From NCBI GenBank assembly GCA_951406725.2, contig OX597833.1, positions 20,584,001 to 20,648,000 on the forward strand: a stretch of 64,000 nt of DNA, written 5' to 3'. The position numbers and the translations under genes were made by a program. Positions 54,583 through 64,000 of this stretch are shown here, one piece after another (position 1 is the stretch's first letter; each line of letters opens with the position of its first letter). The stretch is from Octopus vulgaris (lineage: Eukaryota). The notes below the pieces were generated by a model that saw only the letters and a program-made list of their open reading frames with translations, made no database searches and had not been told where the DNA came from.

Positions 54583-54926
54583 TGTTGTGACTAAAAATGT
54601 CGATTGTGCCATACCAGCAGGAAAATATCATACCAATCGTTAGCAGCTGCCCCCAAAATATCTACAATTTTACTACATCCCCCGCCGAGGGTATCATATT
54701 ATTGTCAAAGGAACTGAGAACAAAAATTATGCACGTGATTGAGGTCATGTCATGTCATGTCATATCATGTCATATCATGTCAGGTCACTTCAAGATAAGT
54801 CAAGTCAGGTCAGGTCATGTCAGGGCAGCTCAGGTTAGATCAGCTCAGGTACTCAATGGATGTGAATGTCTCGTTTGAAATCGAGGAAGCGGAAAACATT
54901 TATGGTAAACTAATGAGAAACCCACT

Positions 54927-55215
54927 GGAGGCACATGGCCTAGTGGTAGAGCAGCGGACTCGCGGTCGATGGATCGCGGGTTCGAATCTCGGACCGGGCG
55001 AGATGAGTGTTTATGAGCGAAACACCTAAGCTCCATGCAGCTCCAGCAGAAGGTAATGGTGAACTTCTGCTGACTCTTTCGCCACAACTTTCTCTCACTC
55101 TTTCCTCCTGCATCTTGCAGCTCACCTACGACGGACCAGCGTCCCGTCCAGGTGAGGAACCTATACGTCAAGGAAACCGGGAAACTGGCCCTTACGAGCT
55201 AGGGATGCATCCAAA
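54927..55215 (+). mobile_element. SINE C head with C'-type tail
   Basis: GGAGGCACATGGCCTAGTGGTAGAGCAGCGGACTCGCGGTC...GGTTCGAATCTC; GACGGACCAGCGTCCCGTCCAGG. Confidence 0.75.
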
Positions 55216-55384
55216 ATAGTTCTGTAATACAGTGGTTCCTTTCCTCTGTATTGCTACTTCGTAGCTCTCCTACCTCAAACATTAATCTATTCACTAGTGC
55301 TTCAGCAGCCTCTAAAATAAGTTTTTACGTTATGTTACCACTGGAGTCATACTCCAGTTCGACTCTCAATTCTTTAGTCAACAC

Positions 55385-55415
<31 letters not shown>

Positions 55416-55444
55416 AGGTATGTCTCTTCTATTTTTTAATTATT

Positions 55445-55935
55445 ATGAATCTTCCACTGAAGAGGGAGCCGGTTTCCAACAAAGATACAAGGCTCCATCT
55501 TTGGTATGTAGTTAACACATACAAATTCACATTTGGAACTTGAGAAAAGTCTTGCATATTTTCAATGTTCCACTCACAGTTGCACTTGTAATGTTCGAAT
55601 TAGTCGGTCGATTTCTCTTTTTGAAAATCCCAGTTTATCCAGATTCTCCTTTAAGCATTTACTAACAAAACCAAGTGCTCCAATTATTATTGGTATGAAT
55701 ATGAATACATAATCTGGATATAGAAGCTGGAGGTTTCGAAGCAGATGTCCATAAATATCCTCTTTTTCTTTGATTTTCAAAGAGATAATTATATCTGCAG
55801 GGCTGCTAACCTCTATGAATGGTACATACCTTTGCCCCTCTGTCCCAAACAACAATATCTGGCCTGTTATGCTTACATTTGACAAAGAATATTTCATCAT
55901 TATTCCGCGAGTTGGTGTTTATGAATGCATTCCAT
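55445..55935 (-). mobile_element. RLE non-LTR retrotransposon 3' end (R4-like, distinct subfamily)
   Basis: KHNRPDIVVWDR / IEVSSPADI..KIKEKEDIYG.L...IPIIIGALG...SGTLKICKTFL; its 3' UTR resembles the isolated segment at ~220-330. Confidence 0.75.
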
Positions 55936-55952
55936 CTCTATTTTTCATCTCT

Positions 55953-56038
<86 letters not shown>

Positions 56039-56092
56039 AATACTATATAAATCAAACAAATACTTATTTAAAATTGAATAGAAGGTCTGAAC

Positions 56093-56136
56093 CACCTGAT
56101 GAATGTCCTTAGAAGTGACAGGAAACAATTGTAGTG
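56093..56136 (+). ncRNA. Minimal type I hammerhead ribozyme (Penelope-type)
   Basis: CAC-CTGATGA-aTGTC(cttagaagt)GACAg-GAAAC-AATT-GTA^GTG: intact core, stem I CAC/GTG, stem II TGTC/GACA, palindromic stem III ACAATTGT. Confidence 0.75.
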
Positions 56137-56373
56137 AATAACTTAATTTTATTTAATTTATATAAATTTTTTTATGTATTGGATTAAGTCTTTCTTTGTT
56201 TGATTTGCATAATAGTGGTTTTGTTTCTAATTAATATTATATTATATTTTACTATAAAATTAGATTCAATCCTAAATCTGATTTTTCCCTGTAAATTTGG
56301 ATTTATTCCCTAATATTTATATATATATATATATATATATATGTATGCACAGAGAAAGATAGATAAACAGATA

Positions 56374-56440
<67 letters not shown>

Positions 56441-56584
56441 TGTGTGTGTGTAAATTTCATGAGCTGTTTTCAGTCTCAGACAGTTATGAGTAACTAAGAA
56501 ACCCAATATGGAAACGATGTGAATTATGAAAAAAGCTATTGTACTTACTAGTTAAGCAGTTCATATTAAAAATGTGCGCCCCCT

Positions 56585-56624
<40 letters not shown>

Positions 56625-56630
56625 CATATA

Positions 56631-56666
<36 letters not shown>

Positions 56667-57310
56667 TGTATGTATGTATGTGTGTGTATGTATGTATGTA
56701 TGTGTGTATGTATGTGTGTATGTATGTGTGTATGTATGTATGTATGTGTGTATGTATGTGTATGTATGTATGTATGTATGTATGTATGTGTGTGTGTATG
56801 TATGTATGTATGTATGTATGTATGTATGTATGTATGTATGTATGTATGTATGTATGTATACACACACACAAAGAAAGAAAGAGACAGAGAAGAAGGGAAG
56901 AGATGCATACGCACATACATATGTATGTGTGAGTCTGTGTGTGTGGCTCAGATAGATATCGAGATTAGATGTAAAATAATCGAACTTAGCCATGCCTCTG
57001 TGACTATATATAGCTTCACATACACACAGACACACACGCACACACACGCACACACTCACTATTACATGCTTGTTTACCGAATCAATAAATGCATTAAATC
57101 TAGGTTACATGCATCGTCACAAAAAGTTTTGTCAATATTCAACGAAATATCGATCTCCAGATGGCTCTCAAAGTCCTCTTTTGAAATTCTATCATATGTC
57201 TTACCTTATTGTTGTAACACACACGCACACTCACACACATATACCTCAATTCGCACACACGCTTGCACACACCCATGCACATCCCCACATTCACACACGC
57301 AGAACCCCCT

Positions 57311-57700
57311 AATTTCTTTATTGCCCACAAGGGGCTAAACGTAGAGGGGACAAACAAGGACAGACAAACGGATTAAGTCGATTACATCGACCCCAGTGTG
57401 TAACTGGTACTTAATTTATCGACCTCGAAAGGATGTAAGGCAAAGTTGACCTCAGCGGAATTTGAACTCAGAACGTAACGGTAGACGAAATACCTATTTC
57501 TTTACTACCCACAAGGGGCTAAACACAGAGGGGACAAACAAGGACAGACAAACGGATTAAGTCGATTATATCGGCCCCAGTGCGTAACAGGTACTTATTT
57601 AATCGACCCCGAAAGGATGAAAGGCAAAGTCGACCTCGGCGGAATTTGAACTCAGAACGTAACGGTAGACGAAAAGCATTTCGCCCAGCGTGTTAACGTT
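57311..57700 (-). mobile_element. SINE family A dimer
   Basis: Junction GACGAAATACCTATTTCTTTACTACCC at ~57484-57510. Confidence 0.85.
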
Positions 57701-58309
57701 TAAATAATTGAACTCTTATATTTTTTCAGTAAAGATATACTATAGTTTGTCTAGATTATTCTCAAAGCTAAAATATATCTTCACAGATAAAATACATATT
57801 TCTATCTATTTACTCTATTTTTTACATTAGGGTTTTAACGTGATAAATGTATTATAAACACTTGTTCCAACTTTTTAAGTTTAAAATTTGGTTATCGGAA
57901 TTTCTTCTATAAGATGAATCATGTTTTATTTCTTAAGAAATATTGTTTAATTCTGTTTGATTATTTATTAAAAATATGTATTTATTTAACTATTATTGTT
58001 ATTATTGTTGACCTGAGGAGTGACTATACTTTTAAATTGAATTGTTTTTTGGATCAATTAAATTTAATTGAAGTAACGTAGTCTAATTATATACTGTTTA
58101 TTTATTATTATGTACTTTTCGTGATCTAGATAAAAGTTATATCATATATATTATTTTTTCTATATGGTATGATTTACGTCTATCGTTGTTTGAATTACAT
58201 AATAGTGGTTTTTCTCTAATATATATATACTATATATTTATATTGTGAAATTTGGTTTAATACTAAATTGAATTTTTCTCTGTAAGTTTGGAGTTATACT
58301 CCCTATGAT

Positions 58310-58361
<52 letters not shown>

Positions 58362-58365
58362 TATA

Positions 58366-58915
58366 CTAGCTGGTGTACCCTGTAATTCCTGAGGGTAAAG
58401 ATGTTCTATTGAAACGCCTTATTAGTCATATAAGAAAGCAATTTCGTTATAACTGGCACAAAAGGTGTATTTTCCGTCACGAAAACGTACAAAAACTGTC
58501 AGCTAGAGGAGGGAGAAATTGTTGGAGGTGCCTAGAGAGGTTGTCGGAGGTTGGCAGGAGAGGTCGTCGGAAGTTGTCTAGAGATGTCGGAGGTTGGCGA
58601 GTTAGTTGTTTCAAAGTAATCGAACATAAACAATGAAACGGGTTATTTCCCTTCAGTGTTTAAATAATATTGTGTAGGGGTATGAGTTATTTCCCTTGGG
58701 TGTTTAAAAAAATCAGTTATATAAGGTATATAAAGGCCCCTTCCAGGGGCCATATTATCGATTTTTCCAACAATCCAAGTCTGTCACGAGGTTTCCAGAC
58801 ATGAGTTCTACCCACGTGTCAGATTTCATCAAAATCAATAAAACGATGCAGGAGGAGTTAGCTAACAACGCCACAAACAAACATACACCAATTTTCCACA
58901 TATGTAGTGTGTATA
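58366..58915 (-). mobile_element. Non-autonomous Helitron-like element
   Basis: Minus-strand 3' end TACCCT-caggaattac-AGGGTA hairpin followed by CTAG then T; internal ATGAAATCTGACAC and TGTTTGTTTG motifs typical of such elements. Confidence 0.55.
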
Positions 58916-59917
58916 TTGTGGTGTGAACGATGAAAAGAGGACAACAGAAAAAGGGAGAATGGAAATGCAATCGGGCCTTACCTCGTCGAAGATTAGTTCG
59001 GATCCCTCTCAGCCAACTCGATGCGTCTCGTTCCTTCGTCGTCTCTGCAGTAACTCCTCGATCCCACACGTGCGTCCTCCCTGCCGCTTCCGCTTCCTGC
59101 CGCTCCCTGCCGCTTCCGCTTCCTGCCGCGCATGCGCCCTGCAAGCCCTACTTCCGCCCTCCCCTATCCGTTATCCTCTTACCAACACCACATATATATA
59201 TGTGTGTATATATATATAGTACTTCATTGTAGTCGAGGGTCACCAATTTGGTTTGTTGTTTGCCATTTATATGGTGAACGAAGAACAGTGATCGAGGTTG
59301 TAAAGAAATGTTTATTTAGCGTTACTTTGATATATGCCATACCACGACGGGTGGACTAATGTCATAGTATATAACACAGTTCGTAAAGCATGCAAAGTAA
59401 AGACAGTTAATTTCAGCCTCTACACGATCTCATAGTAGTATATATGGAGATATATATGGTAATGTTACAGAAAAAAAGTGAGTTGGTGAAAGTGAGTGTG
59501 GTGGGACGAAACAACTGCTTCGTTGATGAGTTACCATAATTGTCCCTTTGTGTCTTCTTTTCCTTTAGTGACGGCGTTTTGTTCAGCCAGTCAGCCAGAC
59601 TCGGTTCTCACTAACTGACTTTGGTTTACGGAGATTTTGTTTTTATAACTATCCAAAACCAGCCAGAAGGATAGTTAGAGAACAATAGATTTCGTTAGGG
59701 ATCTGTTATCTCTATTCTAGCTTTTGGTGAAATAGAAGAGGTTAGAAGGGTCAAGTGGCAAAGACATTATTCTGCTTAACGAAGGCATCTGGCAAACGTA
59801 ACTGCTGTCATTCACAGAAAAACTATTGTTTTACCGTGAGAAAAGTACTGTTGAAGTATTAAGTGAAATTTGGCTATCGAGGATCGAATCCACGCTATGC
59901 CTGCATGAAGCCACTAC

Positions 59918-59962
<45 letters not shown>

Positions 59963-60002
59963 CGTGTGTGTGTGTGTGTGTGTGTGTGCGTGCGTGCGTG
60001 TG

Positions 60003-60420
60003 TGTATTCAGATTTGGCAAGGACTAGACAGTCAGAGACGATGTGGTCGACTGTCTCATTCTGCTGGCTGCATTTGGTGTTAGGACCTGTTTTCATTATT
60101 TTGATTTTTATAATTGTTTGTGGTTAGGCATTGGTCTTGTGCAGCGAGAATCAGTCCTTCCCTTTCTGCTTTTAGTCCAGAGCTTTCGAGCCATTGTTGG
60201 CTTTCACTGAAACTGGCCCCCTTTTCTGTGAAGCCTTGAAGGATTTTAGTCACGGACTGGTGTTTCTCTCCAGTTCTTCTTTCGTATGTTTTGCAGTTCT
60301 GTTCTCACGTTGTTTTTGTCTCTGACCATTTCTGCTGTAATTTCATCTCAAATCAGTGATTCAGTGTAATTCGTTTATGTTTTGTATTTTGTCGCCTCCT
60401 TGTGTATAGAGAAAGGCGTT
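60003..60420 (-). mobile_element. R4-like remnant (zinc-knuckle region)
   Basis: GLKAEKEGLILAAQDQCL; KCSQQNETVDHIVSDCLVLAKSEY. Confidence 0.7.
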
Positions 60421-60646
60421 TTCTTTTGTTCTTCTGGCAAAACATTGTTGTTTTCCAGGTGTATTGCAAGACGTTTATAGGTTTTATAGATTTTATAGAT
60501 AGGATGTTTGGTAGATTGTTGATAGGCATCTTATTGGCCTATAATTTTGTGGGTGTATGGTGTTTTTGGTATTTTTTGAAATAAGAGTGGTTTGTCGTCC
60601 CAGCATCCAGTTTGCTGTTGATTCTTGCTTGTATATTATCAGATTT

Positions 60647-60714
<68 letters not shown>

Positions 60715-60742
60715 ACAACAACAACAACACCACCACCACCAT

Positions 60743-60793
<51 letters not shown>

Positions 60794-60845
60794 CTCTACC
60801 ACCACTACTACTACTACTACCACCACCAACAACAACAACACCACC

Positions 60846-60905
<60 letters not shown>

Positions 60906-60931
60906 CCGCCCACCCCACCCCACCCCCAACC

Positions 60932-60963
<32 letters not shown>

Positions 60964-60965
60964 GT

Positions 60966-61470
60966 TTCCATCAAAGTGACACTAGGGTTCAAATATATGA
61001 AGCCCAATATACCGTCCGATAGGAGTACACCAGACACATGCGTCACAACCATAAGTGCACGATATAGTGAACCCATAAGAAGATAAACAGCGCATGACTT
61101 TGTAGGTGGGGTCCACTTAGAATTTTCTTCAGGTTGAGTAGCTCATCTCACTCAAAAGGGTCCTGAATAAGAGCTATTTGAAGATGATGAGCAAATCACC
61201 CATGTTTCCAGATGTGAAATGTTCGAACAGTCCCTCTCAACACATGGCTATGATGTTCCCCCACTACTTCTGCTCATGATCAGAGATGCATATATCGTTA
61301 GCCACTAAGGGACATGCTCAACTGGTTAAGGTCAAACAACTGACAAGCAAATCTGTGGAGTTGAGCAGAATATTTGCTGCAGCCCATCTTTTATACCAAG
61401 ACAAGTATTGAGCAGAATATTTGCAAGACAAAACATGTACATGATAACACTTCCAATTAGTTAAGATAAG
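60966..61470 (-). mobile_element. Family D element
   Basis: Colinear with 2968-3470; followed by (ATT)n, preceded by (CTA)n. Confidence 0.78.
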
Positions 61471-61970
61471 GAATTATTATTATTATTAGCTTTCATTTTT
61501 TTACTTGACCGTCATAAAATAGAACAAAGAAAAAAATTCATTTGTAATACAGCGCATCTTATAGATCCCCTTAAAAGGTGCAAAAAGCGGAGTTCAATAC
61601 TGAATATGTATACAGACATGTACACAGGTCTTACTGGGTGCGTATACCATGTCACACTAAACCGCATGGGTACATACATACATGCATGCATGCATGCATG
61701 CATACATGTACATGCAGGAATGTGCACAAATATGCACACTTAGGCACATATACACATGCATATACATACATACATACATACATGCATATATACATGCATA
61801 ATACATGCATATATGTACATGAAAACATATGCACAAACACACACATATACACGTACGTATACATACATGGATGTCTACGTTGAGTTTAGTTAATGTTTCT
61901 CTCTCTCTCTTTCTCTCTCGCTGTGTGTGTGTGTGTCTATATAGCTAGATAGATATATACATATATACAC

Positions 61971-62011
<41 letters not shown>

Positions 62012-62225
62012 CAAAAACATGCATAAGCATATATGCGTGTGAGAGTATTTGTGTGAGTGTTTATACACAAACACGCACACACACACACAACACACACATA
62101 TACATAAATGTACGTTCATAGAGCTATTCACAAATATATACAAAAATACATATGCAGTGTGTGTGTGTTTGTTGTGCACACATGCATGCACACGCACGTA
62201 CACTCACACACACACACACACACAC

Positions 62226-62265
<40 letters not shown>

Positions 62266-62869
62266 ACACACACATACACATATCCACGTTGATTAATTTA
62301 CAGACATGTGGGACAGACAGTAAAACATATCTCCGCAAAAGACTTACTCCAAAAGATGTGTATACTCGTATATTCGTATATATGTGCTGTGTATATTACA
62401 TTATATATTCCTAAGCCAACACACTTACATAATTAACCATAGGCTCATCAATATCCATACACACATACATAGACCCACATACGAAAGTCCCTCAGATATT
62501 CACAAATGTTCACACAGGCATTCGCAGACGACACATTTACAGATACACACGCACATATATGCACAGATATGAACACCCGTACATATATATATATATATAC
62601 AAGCATGCACACACAGGTACACCACACAAAACACACACCACACACTCACACACAAAATATATATGGTCACATACGTCCACATATATATTCATAAGTACCC
62701 ATACAGATGCACACACGGCCATTTATTATACGTTTAAACAATGTTTCAATAACCGTTATTCAATTTCTCTTAAATACACCATCCCACGCCTGCGTTTGAT
62801 TATTTCCAGTAATTCATATTCATTGAGGCGGACGACACTAAAAGCGATCATAAACGTTAACTGAGCCGC

Positions 62870-63046
<177 letters not shown>

Positions 63047-63113
63047 GGCCTACCTGAATATATTAGCTAGGTAGGTGTAATTATAAAATCCTTCCTTTCT
63101 CCACTCAGCTATT

Positions 63114-63152
<39 letters not shown>

Positions 63153-63495
63153 CACACATCATTGTATTAGAATATTAAATGAACAATGAGGAGAATTAAA
63201 GAAAGCTTAGACAATACTGTATCAGATCAAAATGCATTACTATTGTTGGTATAACAGTTTAGCATCTCCGCCACCTTTTCAAAACTGCCATGATGGAATA
63301 GACCTATTCTCAACAGTGTTTCTGCTGTGATCGTTTGCGCAAACATGTCTGTATTGGATAAGGAGTTCGCTTCGCAACGACGTGATTTAGGCTTCCATTT
63401 CAATTGTTTTCTGCTATAGTCTCAGCTCAGCTAAAGACTTGTGAATAAAATTTGGTTGACGAAAACTGAGTTGAAACCCGTCAATGATAGATTTG

Positions 63496-63903
63496 GGATC
63501 TTTTCGGTTTGAACGGCAGTTTTTTTTTAGCGGTGTCATATGAAATTGTCACCCATAATTATGACCCTAGTATCGATCTATTGCATTTCAATCTGTTTTA
63601 GGGTTAGGGTTAGGGGTGAGAGGAAGGGTATCTTTTTTTTTTCAGAAATGTAAATAAACCGAATCTGTTTCTTAAACGAGGGACATATTCATACGGCACA
63701 GAATATTTTCACCTCAATAGACGGTTGAAATTGCAGAAATTGAAGAAAAAAAAACAACAAATATCTTATAAACTATAGAATTTTCTCAATAAAGCCAAGA
63801 GAAAAAGATGTTTTATAAACACATTCTGCCAGTATACGAAGTTTAATATTTTTTAGTTACCTAGAAATTATGTTAAAAACTGCCGTTCAAACCGAAAAGA
63901 TCC
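63496..63903. mobile_element. MITE with 29-bp perfect TIRs and 8-bp TSD (Merlin- or MULE-like)
   Basis: GGATCTTTTCGGTTTGAACGGCAGTTTTT ... AAAAACTGCCGTTCAAACCGAAAAGATCC; TSD TAGATTTG at 63488-63495 and 63904-63911. Confidence 0.88.
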
Positions 63904-64000
63904 TAGATTTGTAACGAGAACAATATTTCTGATTTTGGCGAAACGATTTGATTGAGTTAAGTTTTGTGGGTGTTTTACTACTACTACTACTACTACTACT

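Noticed and set aside
63598-63617. Telomere or chromosome end
   Set aside because: Only three TTAGGG units, internal to a TSD-flanked MITE.

Overview
AT-rich, microsatellite- and transposon-saturated eukaryotic DNA. The repeat landscape (three or four tRNA-headed SINE families, (TA)n/(CATA)n/(TAA)n tracts) resembles an Octopus (coleoid cephalopod) genome; this is inference from recalled repeat families, not a database match. Only two credible host-type coding regions are present, both intronless and facing each other: a 330-aa class A (rhodopsin-family) peptide/chemoreceptor-like GPCR (8029-9021, +) and a 179-aa OTU-fold protein whose catalytic Cys and His both appear replaced (30121-30660, -). 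Nearly all other ORFs in the track are microsatellite or SINE translation artefacts. The rest is mobile-element debris: R4/Dong-like RLE retrotransposon fragments, several adjoining TAA tracts; a non-coding TAA-flanked element; Penelope remnants; one intact and several decayed minimal hammerhead ribozymes; CR1, hAT/Buster, mariner/pogo, Helitron-like and Merlin/MULE-like elements; and a Gypsy integrase-end+LTR fragment between 20-bp direct repeats. The most unusual signals are (i) a SINE forming head-less 184-bp tandem multimers with the same junction at six separate loci, located at the loop of its own head hairpin, (ii) the OTU pseudo-enzyme, and (iii) the hammerhead-bearing repeat. SINE family letters A-D are working labels. 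Coordinates of degraded repeats are approximate.
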